This document shows positions 28,331 through 39,647 of a stretch of DNA of 64,000 nt, one piece after another. Made by a program: the position numbers and the translations under genes. Where the stretch lies: positions 1,818-65,817 of the forward strand of contig JBBQYX010000010.1 of assembly GCA_038208295.1 (NCBI GenBank), in the 5' to 3' direction. The notes under the pieces were generated by a model. It saw only the letters and a program-made list of their open reading frames with translations. It searched no databases and had not been told where the DNA came from. Numbering within the stretch: the first letter of the stretch is position 1; each line of letters starts with the position of its first letter. The stretch is from Candidatus Nanopelagicales bacterium (GTDB taxonomy: Bacteria; Actinomycetota; Actinomycetes; S36-B12; JBBQYX01).

Positions 28331-30901
28331 TCAGCCGGGCACCACGTTGACGAGTTTCGGTGCCCGTACGACAACCGTAAGCACGGCGCGACCCGCCAGC
28401 GATGCCACCACCGACGGTTCCGCCAGGGCGAGTTCCCGCAGCTGGGCTTCGTCGATGTCCGGCCCCACCGTCAGTCGGGCTCGCACCTTGCCCGCCACCT
28501 GGACGACGCACGTCACTGATTCTTGGACCAGCAGGGCGGGATCCACCGTGGGCCAACCGGCGCGGAACACCGTCGGGGGATGCCCCAACTTCGCCCACAT
28601 GTCCTCGGCGGTGTACGGAGCCACCAGGGACAGCAGCACCGCAACCGCCTCGACTGCCTCCCGAATTGCGGGATCGGCTGCGCCGCAACCACTGTCGACC
28701 GCGCGCCGGATGGCGTTGACGAGTTCCATCGTCCGCGCCACCGCCACATTGAACCGGAACGACTCCACGGCCCGGGCCGCTTCGTCGACCGTGCGATGGG
28801 TCACCCGGCGCAGTTCCATATTCCCGGTCGACGCATCGACCCCGACCGGGCTGGCCACCTCCGCCGACAACCGCCAGGCCCGCGCCAGGAACTTGCGCGC
28901 CCCGGCGGCCGACACGTCGGCCCAGTCGATGTCGTCCTCGGGCGGCCCGGCGAACACCATCGCCAACCGAATGGCATCGACCCCGTGCATGGCCAGTTCG
29001 TCGGACAGTGGCACCAGGTTTCCGCGGGACTTGCTCATCGCGGACCCGTTCATGACGACCATGCCCTGGTTGAGCAGCCGGCTGAACGGCTCCGTGAAGT
29101 CGACCAGACCCATGTCGTGCAACACCTTGGTGAAGAAGCGGCTGTAGAGCAGATGGAGGATCGCGTGCGTCACGCCGCCGACGTACTGGTCGATGGGCAG
29201 CCACTCCCGAGCCTGCGCGGGATCGAACGGCGCGGACTCCAACGCAGGGTTCAGGAACCGCAGGAAATACCAGGAGGAGTCGACAAACGTGTCCATCGTG
29301 TCCGGGTCCCGGCGAGCCGGACCCCCGCACTGCGGACAGTCGACGCTGGCCCATTCAGTGGCAGCGCCCAATGGCGAGGCGCCCTTGGGGGTCAGGTCCA
29401 GACCCTCCGCAGCGGGCAGTTCCACCGGCAACTGGTCGTCGGGAACCGCGACCTCACCGCAGGCGGGGCAGTGGATGATCGGGATGGGCGTGCCCCAGAA
29501 GCGTTGCCGGCTGATCAGCCAGTCACGCAGCCGGTAGTTCACCGCCGCCCGACCACGGCCCTCTGCCGCCATGATCTCCAGCATGCGCTCGATCGAGGCG
29601 GACTTGTCCAGTCCGTCAAGCGGTCCGGAATTGACGTGCGGGCCGTCATCCGCCGTTGCGATCCCGGTCTCCAGCGGGTCGGATTCGGCTGCCACCACGA
29701 CCCGTACGGGCAGGTCGAAGGTACGGGCGAAGTCCAGGTCCCGCTGGTCGTGCGCCGGAACAGCCATGATGGCGCCCGTTCCGTAGTCGGCCAGCACATA
29801 GTCACTGGCCCACACCGGGATGCGCTCGTCGTTGACCGGGTTGAACGCAAACCGCTGCAGAAACACCCCGGTTTTGGGCCGACCGGCGTCCATCCGGTCG
29901 ATCTCGGAGACCTGTTTCACCTGGTCCAAGTAGGCACGGAACTCCTTCTCGGCCGGGGTTCCGGCGGCGAGTTCCGCTGCCAGGGCGGAGTCGGCGGCGA
30001 CCACGAAGAACGTCGCGCCGTACAGCGTGTCCGGCCGAGTCGTGAACACGGTCACCGGCTCGTCACGGCCCTCGATCGCGAACTGGACCTCGGCACCGAT
30101 GGATCGGCCGATCCAGTTGCGCTGCATGGTCAGGACCTTGTCCGGCCAGGTTCCCGCCAACTGCTGCATGTCGTCCAGCAGCCGGTCGGCATAGTCAGTG
30201 ATCCGCAGATACCACTGCGTCAGGTTCTTCTTGGTGACCACGGCATCGCACCGTTCGCAGCGACCTCCGACCACCTGCTCGTTCGCGAGCACGGTCTGGT
30301 CCTGCGGGCACCAGTTAACTGCCGAGGACTTCCGGTAGGCCAGCCCCCGCTCGAACAACCGCAGGAACAGCCACTGGTTCCAGCGGTAGTACTGCGGATC
30401 GGATGTGTGCAGCACCCGGGCCCAGTCGAAGGAGCAGGCGTAGCGCCGCATGGACGCCTTCTGCTGGGCGATGTTCTCGTACGTCCAGCCACGCGGGTCG
30501 ACGCCCCGTTTGATGGCGGCGTTCTCGGCCGGCAACCCGAAGGCGTCCCAACCGATCGGGTGCATGACGTCGAAACCACGTTGCACCCAGTAGCGGGCGA
30601 CGACATCACCGATCGCATACGCCTCGGCGTGGCCCATATGCAGATCACCCGAGGGGTACGGGAACATGTCGAGGATGTATTTCTTCGGCCGCTCGTCGCC
30701 GGGCAGTCCGGACCGGAACGGCTCGAGTTCGTCCCACACCGGCAGCCAGCGTGCCTGGATGGCCTCGACGTCGTAGGCGTCCCGCCCGACGGGGTCGGAA
30801 CGCGTCGGGGCAGCCGGGGCAGCAGCGGGCGCAACGACACCTTCGGCAGTTGGCTCGGACGTGGTGGCCACCGCTTCGGCGGCCGTGCGGATCTCGGTCA
30901 T
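28331..30901 (-). CDS. leuS: Leucine--tRNA ligase
   Basis: '[14 protein letters not shown]' (HIGH region) and 'AMSKSRGN' (KMSKS). 856 aa. Confidence 0.95.
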   Translation of the reverse strand: MTEIRTAAEAVATTSEPTAEGVVAPAAAPAAPTRSDPVGRDAYDVEAIQARWLPVWDELEPFRSGLPGDERPKKYILDMFPYPSGDLHMGHAEAYAIGDVVARYWVQRGFDVMHPIGWDAFGLPAENAAIKRGVDPRGWTYENIAQQKASMRRYACSFDWARVLHTSDPQYYRWNQWLFLRLFERGLAYRKSSAVNWCPQDQTVLANEQVVGGRCERCDAVVTKKNLTQWYLRITDYADRLLDDMQQLAGTWPDKVLTMQRNWIGRSIGAEVQFAIEGRDEPVTVFTTRPDTLYGATFFVVAADSALAAELAAGTPAEKEFRAYLDQVKQVSEIDRMDAGRPKTGVFLQRFAFNPVNDERIPVWASDYVLADYGTGAIMAVPAHDQRDLDFARTFDLPVRVVVAAESDPLETGIATADDGPHVNSGPLDGLDKSASIERMLEIMAAEGRGRAAVNYRLRDWLISRQRFWGTPIPIIHCPACGEVAVPDDQLPVELPAAEGLDLTPKGASPLGAATEWASVDCPQCGGPARRDPDTMDTFVDSSWYFLRFLNPALESAPFDPAQAREWLPIDQYVGGVTHAILHLLYSRFFTKVLHDMGLVDFTEPFSRLLNQGMVVMNGSAMSKSRGNLVPLSDELAMHGVDAIRLAMVFAGPPEDDIDWADVSAAGARKFLARAWRLSAEVASPVGVDASTGNMELRRVTHRTVDEAARAVESFRFNVAVARTMELVNAIRRAVDSGCGAADPAIREAVEAVAVLLSLVAPYTAEDMWAKLGHPPTVFRAGWPTVDPALLVQESVTCVVQVAGKVRARLTVGPDIDEAQLRELALAEPSVVASLAGRAVLTVVVRAPKLVNVVPG

Positions 30902-30994
30902 GGTGGCCGTGAATCTACCGGAGGCGGGTGCAGCGCCCCGATCGGCGAATCGATCCCGGCGACAACGCGAGACTCGCCAGTACCGGTCCGGTCC

Positions 30995-31636
30995 TCAGCC
31001 GGCCCCTACGACCAGCGACGCGACCAACAGCACCTGGGCCAGGTGATAGGTGACGTGCACTGCGACCCGGCCGCCCGGTGCCGGCCGACCGACGAACCGG
31101 GTCCAGCCCAGCAGCGTGTCGGAAGCCACGAACAGCACCGCTCCGGCGCCGACCAACCAACCCGGTGACCCCAATGCCAGCACCGCCACTGCGCCCAGCA
31201 CCACCTGGTAGACCGCCACGACCACGGCGAGCGTGCGGCCCTGCGTACGGGCGCCCGCGACGATCCGACGACCGGCCGTGGCGAGCAGGACCGCCAGCGC
31301 CAACAACCCGATGACCACTCCGGCCCACCGCCGCGGCAGCAGCAACAGGCCGCCCAGGTAGGCGAGATGTCCGAGCAGGAAAGCCGCAGCGCCAGGCACA
31401 AACCGGTCCCACATCAGCAGCACATCCCCGGCCAGACCCCCGACCAGCGCAATGACAAACCAGACCCGGACGGCTGGCTGAGCCGGATCGAGGGCCACTG
31501 CAACGCCGATCAGCAGGAGCGGGACCGCCGGTTTGGCCCGCTGCTCCCAGCGGTCGGAGCCCACCACGAGCGCCCACCAGTCGGCGACGGCAGCGACAGC
31601 GGCCAGTGCGAGCAGCACCCAGGCGGGAGTGGTCAC
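30995..31636 (-). CDS. YhhN/lysoplasmalogenase-like membrane protein
   Basis: 213-aa poly-TM ORF with 'FLLGHLAYL' and 'FVASDTLLGW' motifs. Confidence 0.65.
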   Translation of the reverse strand: MTTPAWVLLALAAVAAVADWWALVVGSDRWEQRAKPAVPLLLIGVAVALDPAQPAVRVWFVIALVGGLAGDVLLMWDRFVPGAAAFLLGHLAYLGGLLLLPRRWAGVVIGLLALAVLLATAGRRIVAGARTQGRTLAVVVAVYQVVLGAVAVLALGSPGWLVGAGAVLFVASDTLLGWTRFVGRPAPGGRVAVHVTYHLAQVLLVASLVVGAG

Positions 31637-31816
31637 CTGGTCATCCTCCCGCCGGTGCAGGCCTCATCTGAGCGGTGCCACGTGACGTCCACAGGCGCGC
31701 CAGCCAGCGTTCGTTGCGATCAGCACCGGACTTGCATACTGACCGGACCACCGAGCAGACACCGCCCGCCGACCCACCGAGACAGCTAACGGCCACGCCA
31801 CGACGAGGGAGCCCCC

Positions 31817-33217
31817 GTGGGTATCGACAACCGCGCCCGGCGCGCCGCCAAGAAGCGGCAGCGGGACGCGCAGCAGCGCCGGCGGGCGCCCCAGCCCGCC
31901 CCGGGGCCCGACTTTGGCTTCGATTTTGGCTTCGACGACGGCTTCGACGACGGCTTCGGCGACCCGACATACGACAGCCTGCGGTTCGGGGTGCGCAGCG
32001 GTCCGAGCCTGCCGGAGCAGGCCCGGCTGATACTGGGCGAGGCGCTTGAACAGATCAAACGGGAGCCGCGCGATACCGGCATGCTGGCTAAGACGCTGGC
32101 GAGCCCTGATTCACCCGTCCTGCCCCCCCTGGTTGCCGGGCAGCTCGACGCCCTGCTGGACCAGGTGGTCCGCGCGCTCGTCGGGGCCGGCTGGTCACCG
32201 TTGGACCTGGGCGAGCTGGTGCGTCGACGTCTCAGCGACCGGCATCTCCCGCTGCTCGCCGCCGCGCTGGAGACCCAGGCGGGCCGCTTCCCCGCTGCCC
32301 TGGTGCCTGCCACCTGGCGCGATCAGATCCGCGATCTCGGCCCGGCCCACCGACTGCCCAGCGTCTCGGCGGCGGGAATGGAGCTGGCTCTCGGCCTGGC
32401 CGCGGCACTCATGAGCCTGCCGGTGATCCCACAGCTGATCGACCCCCCCGGAACCCGACCCGCGCCAGCCCCGACCACCCGCGAGCGCGGGTCACAGGAC
32501 GGTCGACAGGGCGGGCGACAGGGCGGGCGAAACGACGAGAAGGGCGACGAGAAGGTGCTGGCGCGGGTGCGCAGCCTGCTCGCGAAGGCCGAGTCGAGTG
32601 AGTTCCCCGAGGAGGCCGAGGCGCTGTCCGGCAAGGCACAGGAACTCGTCAGCCGGTACGCCTTGGAGCATCTGCTGCAACGCGCGGAAGCACATGAAGG
32701 CCCCGCCGTCGTCAGCTCGCGACGGATCTGGCTGGACGCTCCGTACGTGTTACCGAAGTCGATGCTGGTCGGTGCTGTGGCCGCCGCGAACCGCGCGAAG
32801 GCGGTGTCCAGCGAGAGTCTCGGGTTCGTCAGCGTGGTCGGGGAGCCGGCCGACCTCGACGCCGTGGAGTTGCTCGTCACGTCCCTGCTCGTCCAGGCGA
32901 ACGCCGCGATGCTGGCGCACGGCCGCAAGCTCACGCGAGACGGCTCGCGGACCGCCGCGTTCCGGCGTTCCTTCCTGATCGCCTACGCCGGTCGCATCGG
33001 GGAGCGGCTGACCGCGGTGTCCCAACAGGCGGAGGCCGCGACCGGGCACGGCACGGAGTTGGTGCCGTTGCTGCGGGAGCAGTCGCAGCGGGTTCAGGAG
33101 CTCTTGGACGAGATGTACCCACAAACGCACGCGCGTCGCGTCACCATCGGCGATCCTGAGGGCTACGCGGAGGGGCGTCGAGCAGCGGATCGAGCACGCC
33201 TGGACGCTTCCGGATAG
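31817..33217 (+). CDS. DUF2786 domain-containing protein
   Basis: 'LARVRSLLAKAESSEFPEEAEALSGKAQELVSRY' signature. GTG preceded by GAGGGAG. Confidence 0.65.
   Translation: MGIDNRARRAAKKRQRDAQQRRRAPQPAPGPDFGFDFGFDDGFDDGFGDPTYDSLRFGVRSGPSLPEQARLILGEALEQIKREPRDTGMLAKTLASPDSPVLPPLVAGQLDALLDQVVRALVGAGWSPLDLGELVRRRLSDRHLPLLAAALETQAGRFPAALVPATWRDQIRDLGPAHRLPSVSAAGMELALGLAAALMSLPVIPQLIDPPGTRPAPAPTTRERGSQDGRQGGRQGGRNDEKGDEKVLARVRSLLAKAESSEFPEEAEALSGKAQELVSRYALEHLLQRAEAHEGPAVVSSRRIWLDAPYVLPKSMLVGAVAAANRAKAVSSESLGFVSVVGEPADLDAVELLVTSLLVQANAAMLAHGRKLTRDGSRTAAFRRSFLIAYAGRIGERLTAVSQQAEAATGHGTELVPLLREQSQRVQELLDEMYPQTHARRVTIGDPEGYAEGRRAADRARLDASG
31910..31957. repeat. 12-bp tandem repeat x4, in frame within the DUF2786 gene
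   Basis: gactttggcttc gattttggcttc gacgacggcttc gacgacggcttc. Encodes DFGF DFGF DDGF DDGF. Confidence 0.9.
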
Positions 33218-33265
33218 CCCGAGCGGCCGACGTGCTCGCCTCGGGTGAGCTGGCACTGCCTCGAG

Positions 33266-34060
33266 TCAGCTCGACGCTCGGCCCGACCAGCCTTGGCGAC
33301 GCAACTCCCCCGCGGCAGCGACCGCAATGCCGCGGTGCGCCGACCAGGCCCAGTGCATCCCGTCCGGATTCGCCGTCCCATCGTGCAGGGTGGGACACAC
33401 GATCGGGTCGGTGTCGACGAAACCGACCTGCTGCGCAGCCGCCCAACTTCGGGCGGCGGCGACCGCTGGGGCATGTGTCCGCCACGACGGATAGATCGAC
33501 GCCGTCCATGGCGAGGGACCGACCAGGACAATCGGCAGGCCGGGCCGCCAGTGCCGTGCTGCTGCCACGATGCGGGTCAGATAGCGGTCGGTGGCGACCT
33601 GGGGGAGCTGTCGCAGCCGCCCGTTCACCGTACGGATCACCGCCGGGCTCAACGTCAGGTAGCCACGCCGCACCCGTCGGCGCAGTCCCCCCGGCCGGAC
33701 GTACGCGATGCCCTCCCGCAGCCAGGTCGGCACCGCAGCGGGCAGTTGGTCCATGCCGCCCACGGCCAGCACCAGTGCGTCGGACCGTGGCAGATACACA
33801 CCCCACGCCACGGGATCCTTGGTCAGGGCCCACCAGGCATCCCGCGCCGTCCAGCCCGGCCGAGCGAGCAGATCGACCTCGACCTGGCCGCCGCCATCAG
33901 AGTCGCCGTAGCCGTCAGCACCGTCAGCACCGGCAGCCAGGCGCGCGGCCAGCGCCTGCGGGAACGTACGGGGATCGGTCGGGATCTCCGTACGTTCCGG
34001 GCCATGGAAACACAGCGAGTCACCCAGCACGAGGACATGACGGGCAGCGGCCACGAGCAT
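33266..34060 (-). CDS. SGNH/GDSL hydrolase family protein
   Basis: N-terminal 'VLVLGDSLCF' block I. 264 aa. Confidence 0.6.
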   Translation of the reverse strand: MLVAAARHVLVLGDSLCFHGPERTEIPTDPRTFPQALAARLAAGADGADGYGDSDGGGQVEVDLLARPGWTARDAWWALTKDPVAWGVYLPRSDALVLAVGGMDQLPAAVPTWLREGIAYVRPGGLRRRVRRGYLTLSPAVIRTVNGRLRQLPQVATDRYLTRIVAAARHWRPGLPIVLVGPSPWTASIYPSWRTHAPAVAAARSWAAAQQVGFVDTDPIVCPTLHDGTANPDGMHWAWSAHRGIAVAAAGELRRQGWSGRASS

Positions 34061-34136
34061 GCACGCTAATCGAGCCGATCAACAAGGCTGCCGAGTTCCA
34101 CGGTGGCACTCCTAACGTTCGACCCGGCCGCGGGCC

Positions 34137-35237
34137 TCAGTCCGCCGCCACGACGCTGGCGCTGCGCCGCGCAGCGCGACGGGCGTACATCGCGACGTCG
34201 GCGGCGTCGAAGAGTCCGGCCAGGTCCGCGGCATCATCGGGCAGTAGGGCACGACCGGCACTGATCGCGGGTGTCCACATGTCGAACCGCGTCCACGTGC
34301 GGGTCAGGTACGCATGGACCCGCTCCTCCAGCACCTCGGTGTCCGGCCCACAGCCGCGCGCGACTACGACGAACTCGTCCCCGCCCCACCGTCCCACCAC
34401 GTCGCTGGCCCGAAACGCCGAGCGCAGCGCGTCGGCGACCAGGACGATCACGAGGTCTCCGGCGTCGTGACCGTGGACATCGTTGACGGCCTTGAGACCA
34501 TCGATGTCGATCAGAGTGCAACTGACCACGTCGCCGTCCCGGTCGGCGAGGGCGACGAGTTCGTCGGCGAGCATGACCAAACCCCGACGATTCGTCAGCC
34601 CGGTGAGCGGGTCCCGGACAGCGGCCTGCGCGACGTGCTGCAGGGCACCGGCCAGGGCGTCCAGGCCACGGCGGCGGGACAGCATGATCATGGCGCCCAG
34701 GACGGTCGCAGCGACCATCGAGAGCAGCCACCCCCGTAGGGCCGGACCAAGATCGAGGCTCGTGGCGACGACCAGCCACCCCGCCCAGACCACCCCGATG
34801 GTGGACAGGAACCACCCCGTGGACAGCAGCGCCGCGCCTGCTGCGGTGACTGCCAGGGCAATCGTCACCGTCCCGCGCGGATCACCGCTCCAGATCATCT
34901 CCGCCAGCGAGTCCACGGCGACGACGCAGACGACGGCCATGGTCAACGGATGCGCCAGCCGCAGCGGCATCCCGCGGCGGCGGAACGCCAGCGCGATCGA
35001 GGCGAGCAGGACGGCTGTTGTCAGGGCCGACACCGACAGGGCGATCGGGTCCCGTGACACGGCCGGGGCCAGTACCAGCGGCCGGACGAAGACGAGCGCG
35101 AGATAGCACACGGCCAGGATCCCCGCGGCCCACGGCAGCGCGGCAGCGACCGCGACGTCGTAACGCACCCGCGGTGCCATCGGATCGACGCCGAACTGAT
35201 CGTCCGGTACGGATCGCGCGGCGCTGCGTCGGGGCAC
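34137..35237 (-). CDS. Membrane-anchored diguanylate cyclase (GGDEF)
   Basis: N-terminal TM helices, then 'DPLTGLTNRRG' and 'RWGGDEFVVV'. Start uncertain. Confidence 0.8.
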   Translation of the reverse strand: MPRRSAARSVPDDQFGVDPMAPRVRYDVAVAAALPWAAGILAVCYLALVFVRPLVLAPAVSRDPIALSVSALTTAVLLASIALAFRRRGMPLRLAHPLTMAVVCVVAVDSLAEMIWSGDPRGTVTIALAVTAAGAALLSTGWFLSTIGVVWAGWLVVATSLDLGPALRGWLLSMVAATVLGAMIMLSRRRGLDALAGALQHVAQAAVRDPLTGLTNRRGLVMLADELVALADRDGDVVSCTLIDIDGLKAVNDVHGHDAGDLVIVLVADALRSAFRASDVVGRWGGDEFVVVARGCGPDTEVLEERVHAYLTRTWTRFDMWTPAISAGRALLPDDAADLAGLFDAADVAMYARRAARRSASVVAAD

Positions 35238-35332
35238 GGATGCTCCATCGGCGCGATCTTGAGAAAACCTGAACCGGTCGAGACAGACTCGTGATCAACA
35301 GGACTGAACAGCGCCGAAGTCAGCCGAACGGA

Positions 35333-36151
35333 TCAGGCGAAGGACCACACCACGGTCACGTCCACGGAGATTTCCTGCGAACCGACGGCGATCGGGACCG
35401 GGCTGGCCGAGGCGGACATTGCCACCGCCCGGTCGGCCATTGGGGAGGGACCAGGGCTGGTCGTCTGCTCGGTGATGCTCACGACCGGCCCGAGGCTCCG
35501 GCCGACGGCCTTGGCGTACTGCTCGGCCTTGGTCCGGGCCTCGGCGACGGCACGATCACGGGCGGCGACGAGCAAGTCCGAGGAGTTCTCCAGGTCCAGG
35601 CCGGCGGAGTTGATCCGGGTAGCGTCGCCCCCGGCGGTCGCAGCGGCGCTGATGGCTGCACCGGCCTTGTCCAGATCACGCAGCCGCGCGGTCACCGACT
35701 CCGACACCTGATAGCCGCGCAGTTTCGGCGTGTTTCCGTTGTAGTCGTAATCGGTTTGGATCGACAGCCCCGAGGTCTGCACATCGGCATCGGCCACGCC
35801 CGAGTCGGCCAGCGACTTCTGCACCGCCGCGGCGGCGGAGTTGGCGGCGTCCAGCGCTGCCGTCACGGTCGGCTTGGTGACGCTCACCCCGATGTCCAGG
35901 CGGAGCACATCCGGCGTACCGGCGACCCGACCGCTGCCGGTCACCGTGATCCCGGCACTCGGGGCAGGCGCATCAGCAGCCACAGCAGGTCCGGCGCCGC
36001 GGCCGGGTCCAAGGATGTACACGGCGGCCAACGCTACGACCGCCAGCCCGGTCACCGCCAACGATCGGCCCGACGGTCGATGCTGGGCACGGCTCGCGCG
36101 GGTGGGGCTGGGTGCTGCGGACGGGGATTCGGGAGCAGGCGGCTGGGTCAT
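35333..36151 (-). CDS. SIMPL (DUF541) domain-containing secreted protein
   Basis: Signal/TM segment, then 'ITVTGSGRVAGTPDVLRLDIGV...' in the typical SIMPL layout. Confidence 0.65.
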   Translation of the reverse strand: MTQPPAPESPSAAPSPTRASRAQHRPSGRSLAVTGLAVVALAAVYILGPGRGAGPAVAADAPAPSAGITVTGSGRVAGTPDVLRLDIGVSVTKPTVTAALDAANSAAAAVQKSLADSGVADADVQTSGLSIQTDYDYNGNTPKLRGYQVSESVTARLRDLDKAGAAISAAATAGGDATRINSAGLDLENSSDLLVAARDRAVAEARTKAEQYAKAVGRSLGPVVSITEQTTSPGPSPMADRAVAMSASASPVPIAVGSQEISVDVTVVWSFA

Positions 36152-36226
36152 GTCGCTGCGACGCCACCCGAACCACCCCGGTTCCGACGTATGCGAACCC
36201 GTGATCAGGAGCTTCTGGAGATCTCG

Positions 36227-36299
36227 GTGGAGCTGAGGGGACTCGAACCCCTGACCCCTTGCATGCCATGCAAGTGCGCTACCAGCTGCGCCACAGCCC
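36227..36299 (-). tRNA. tRNA-Ala (anticodon GGC)
   Basis: Hand-folded cloverleaf GGGGCTG-TG-GCGCAGCTGGTAGCGC-A-CTTGC-ATGGCAT-GCAAG-GGGTC-AGGGGTTCGAGTCCCCT-CAGCTCC-A. G3:U70 pair present. Only CC of the CCA tail is encoded. Confidence 0.9.
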
Positions 36300-36346
36300 C
36301 GAGCAAACGCCCGCCGTCAAGCGGGCGACGAGCAGTATACGCACCC

Positions 36347-36997
36347 TCAGCGGTCGTCCCCGAGCGCCGGCAGCGGCAGTGATCCGGCGTTGTACTCGAC
36401 CAGCCGCCAGGCCCGGCGCGGGTCGGTGGACACCTCGGACAGCACCGACCAAGCGGCATTGGACAGCACGCCCAAAGCGGCCCAATGCTCGCTGGGGAGG
36501 CCGATCAGCCGCCCGAGCGCGACCCTGGCGGCGCCCCCGTGGGTGGCCACGACCAGGGTGCCGCCGTCCTCGACGCCCTTGGCTGCCCGCTCGATCGCGG
36601 CCACGACCCGGTCGGCTACCTCGGTACGGGTCTCCCCATTGCCGCCGGGTCGCAGATCCTCCCCGGCCGCCCAGCGGTCCAGGGCGTCGCCGTAGCGCTC
36701 GCGCAATTGGAGGTGGTCCAGGCCCTGCCACTCCCCCGCGAACGTCTCGCGCAAGTCCGGGTCGAAGGCGACCGACAGGCCGGTCCGGTCGGCCAGCGCG
36801 GTGGCGGTGTCCACCGCTCGGCCGAGGTCGCTGGACACGATCGCGGTGGGTGCCAGCCCCGCCAGCTTGCTCGCGGCCTTGGCGACCTGCGCGCGGCCGA
36901 CCTCGTCCAGCGGCACATCGAGCTGGCCCTGAAATCTGCGTACGGAGTTCCACGCCGTACGCCCATGACGCCAGATGACGATCCGGCGGCCACTCAT
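36347..36997 (-). CDS. Histidine phosphatase family protein (phosphoglycerate-mutase-like)
   Basis: 'RRIVIWRHGRTAWN' RHG motif and a later 'ATHGG'. Confidence 0.8.
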   Translation of the reverse strand: MSGRRIVIWRHGRTAWNSVRRFQGQLDVPLDEVGRAQVAKAASKLAGLAPTAIVSSDLGRAVDTATALADRTGLSVAFDPDLRETFAGEWQGLDHLQLRERYGDALDRWAAGEDLRPGGNGETRTEVADRVVAAIERAAKGVEDGGTLVVATHGGAARVALGRLIGLPSEHWAALGVLSNAAWSVLSEVSTDPRRAWRLVEYNAGSLPLPALGDDR

Positions 36998-37064
36998 CGA
37001 CGCACCGCACAACCACCGAGCGCCCGCACCCCGGTCACCCGCACGTCAGCGCGGCGCAGCGCCG

Positions 37065-37466
37065 TCATGACCCCACGCCACCGGCGAAGCGGTCCCGGGG
37101 CAGGTGCACCGACTCCGGCAGGGTGAGGAACGGGCAGTCCTTCCACAGCCGCTCCAGGGCGTAATGGATCCGCTCCTCGGCGATCTGCACGTGCACGACG
37201 ATGTCGACAAAGTCGAGCAGCACCCAGCGGTTCTCCCGCTCACCCTCGCGGCGGGCCGGTTTGGCGCCCAGGCCGTGCAGCCGTTCCTCGACCGCGTCGA
37301 CAACCGCACTGACCGCGCGCTCGTTGGGCGCCGAGCACAGAACGAAGACATCGGTGATGACCAGTTGTTCGCTGACGTCGATGGCGGCGATGTCCTCGGC
37401 CATCTTGTCGGCGGCCGCCTGCGCAGCGGCCACGGCCAACTCGACCGAACGCGCCGAGGCGGTCAT
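37065..37466 (-). CDS. rsfS: Ribosome silencing factor RsfS
   Basis: 'DVFVLCSAPNERAVSAV...WVLLDFVDIVVHV'. ATG preceded by AAGGAG. Confidence 0.9.
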   Translation of the reverse strand: MTASARSVELAVAAAQAAADKMAEDIAAIDVSEQLVITDVFVLCSAPNERAVSAVVDAVEERLHGLGAKPARREGERENRWVLLDFVDIVVHVQIAEERIHYALERLWKDCPFLTLPESVHLPRDRFAGGVGS

Positions 37467-37557
37467 GGTGAGCTCCTTGCTGACGGGGGAGTACGGATCC
37501 CGTCGAGGATGTCACAGCGAGAGCGACCCGCCATGCCACGTACGCACCGAGCAGCGC

Positions 37558-38826
37558 CTAGGCCGGTGGTGTCGCGGCCACGAAGTCCGCGCCGAGGACG
37601 ACGATCACATCGGCGATCGTCTGACCCTGGTTGCTGACCCGCACCGCCGAGGCTGGCACCTGTAGGGCCCGGGCGACAGCCGCTCCACGAGCCCGGTCCC
37701 GCGCCGCCGCGGTCGGGATGATGACCCACGTCTCGACCCGACCGAATTGCGCAGCGTTGCCGCCGTTGACGTAGGTGAAGTCCGCCTCGACCAGCCGATC
37801 CCGGGCGGTTGAACCGAGCCCGGGCGTCCCGACGCCGTTCTGCACCAGCACCCGGACTTTGGCGTTCTCCCCGGGCACCCGGACTGCCTCGGGGAGCAGT
37901 TTCGTGATCATTGAGCTGGCGGCGGCGAAGTTCAGTCGGTACGTCTGGACCGGCCCGCCGGCCTCCAGGGGCGTCACCGGCAGCGTCTGGTAGTCGACCC
38001 GATCGGCCATGACCCCTGCCTTCAGCTGCAGCAGGAAGTCCGCGGCGTCCTCGGTCGGGACGGTGGTCCGGGCCGACGACCCCAATGACGTCAACACCTG
38101 GCCCAGCCGTACGGAATCATCCGGAAGTTGCCGGATCACCGCTTGGAGGACCTGGGAGAATCGGGACGTACGAGCGGCATCGGGCTCGCCGGGCAACGCC
38201 GCGGTGACGTAGTAGGCCGCCGCCACCCCGTCCAGGGTGCTGCGCCCGGCCGGCACCACGACGGTGGTGGAGCCGTCGGGGTTCAGCCGGGTCACCGGCA
38301 CGGTCGCGTCCACGCTGACGCCGCCGACGGCGTCGACCAGGCCGGCGACCGCCAGGCGATCCAGCGTCAGCCCCCCATCCACGCGGACGCCGAGCAGGTC
38401 CGAGACAGCATTGACCGAAGCGAGGGTGTCCGGCAGCCGGGCGGCCTCGGCCAACGTGATCGTGCCCGCGCCGGCGACGTCGACCAGCAGCGCGGGGCTG
38501 GCGAACAGGAACACCGAGCGCTGCGGATCCCCACCGGCCCCGAGCAGCGCGTTGTCGACGGCGAGCTCGTTGTCGTCGCGGAACTGCAACAGCAGGGTTT
38601 CCTGCCGCTGGTCACTGGCCGACGGTGAGGGCGAGGGACTCGGGCCGGTCGGGGAGGACGCGTCCGGGCGGCCCGCGAAGATCCAGACCCCGATCCCGGC
38701 GAGCAGCAACGCGACGGCGACGATCCCCGCCACGATGGCGTTATGCCGGGTACGGGCGTGGCGTTCGGCCTCCCGGGCGTGGCGCAGCTCTACCCGGCTG
38801 AGCTCCGACTCTGGAGGCTGGCTCAC
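37558..38826 (-). CDS. Membrane-anchored LCP-like / LytR_C domain protein
   Basis: One N-terminal TM helix. C-terminal '[21 protein letters not shown]' LytR_C-type domain. GTG overlaps the nadD stop. Confidence 0.6.
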   Translation of the reverse strand: MSQPPESELSRVELRHAREAERHARTRHNAIVAGIVAVALLLAGIGVWIFAGRPDASSPTGPSPSPSPSASDQRQETLLLQFRDDNELAVDNALLGAGGDPQRSVFLFASPALLVDVAGAGTITLAEAARLPDTLASVNAVSDLLGVRVDGGLTLDRLAVAGLVDAVGGVSVDATVPVTRLNPDGSTTVVVPAGRSTLDGVAAAYYVTAALPGEPDAARTSRFSQVLQAVIRQLPDDSVRLGQVLTSLGSSARTTVPTEDAADFLLQLKAGVMADRVDYQTLPVTPLEAGGPVQTYRLNFAAASSMITKLLPEAVRVPGENAKVRVLVQNGVGTPGLGSTARDRLVEADFTYVNGGNAAQFGRVETWVIIPTAAARDRARGAAVARALQVPASAVRVSNQGQTIADVIVVLGADFVAATPPA

Positions 38827-39539
38827 GACGACGGCCCACTGATCGACCCCGTGGGCACCCCCGCTGGGTCCGGCAGCGCCGGCAGCACAGCTGAAGGCAG
38901 CACAGATGAAGCCGGCAGACCAGGCGAAGCCGGGTCGCGGTAGAGACCGCGCTTGGCCACGTACTGCTCCACACCCTCCGGCACCAGATAGCGCACCGGT
39001 TCACCGGCGGCCACCCGCGCACGGCAACCGGTGGAGGAGATCGCCAGCGCCGGGATCTCCAGCAGGGTCGCCGCTCCGGGCGGCAGTCCGGCGTCCGACA
39101 GTGAGTGCCCAGGCCGGGTGACCCCGACCAGGTGCGCCAGTCGCAACACCTCCTGCGGGTCCCGCCAGGTCAAGATCGCGGCCAGCGCATCAGCACCGGT
39201 AATGAAGTACAGGTCCACCGGGTCCTCGGAGTCGACCGCCAGTTCCGCACGCAGGGCCCGCAGGGTGTCCACGGTGTACGTGGGACCCGGGCGGTCGATG
39301 TCGACCCGGCTCACCGTGAAGCGCGGGTCCCCGGCCGTGGCGATGACCGTCATCAGATAGCGGTCCTCCGCAGCAGTTCGGGAGAGTTTCTGCCAGGGCT
39401 GTCCGGTGGGTACGAAGATCACCCGGGTCAGTCCGAACCGGTGGGCGACCTCGGAGGCCGCGACCAGGTGGCCGTGGTGGATCGGATCGAAGGTGCCGCC
39501 CATGACGCCGATCCGCTGCCGCCGACCGGTATCCGCCAC
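38823..39539 (-). CDS. nadD: Nicotinate-nucleotide adenylyltransferase
   Basis: '[16 protein letters not shown]'. It has a Pro/Ser-rich C-terminal extension. Confidence 0.9.
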   Translation of the reverse strand: MADTGRRQRIGVMGGTFDPIHHGHLVAASEVAHRFGLTRVIFVPTGQPWQKLSRTAAEDRYLMTVIATAGDPRFTVSRVDIDRPGPTYTVDTLRALRAELAVDSEDPVDLYFITGADALAAILTWRDPQEVLRLAHLVGVTRPGHSLSDAGLPPGAATLLEIPALAISSTGCRARVAAGEPVRYLVPEGVEQYVAKRGLYRDPASPGLPASSVLPSAVLPALPDPAGVPTGSISGPSS

Positions 39540-39647
39540 ATCGGGACCCTAACCGCACGGCAGGCAGCTGCCCGGACCGTATCGGCGCCCGGCCGGCAAC
39601 GATTTGGTCAGGATGCTGTACGGCTGCGGCACGGGACGCCGCGGCGC

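Noticed and set aside
28523-31168. 881-aa plus-strand ORF
   Set aside because: It is antisense to leuS, which has unambiguous HIGH/KMSKS motifs. Its composition is that of a shadow ORF.
36152-36346. Integrated mobile element at tRNA-Ala
   Set aside because: No integrase or recombinase gene lies nearby, and I did not see a repeated tRNA 3' segment by eye. An exhaustive repeat search was not possible here.
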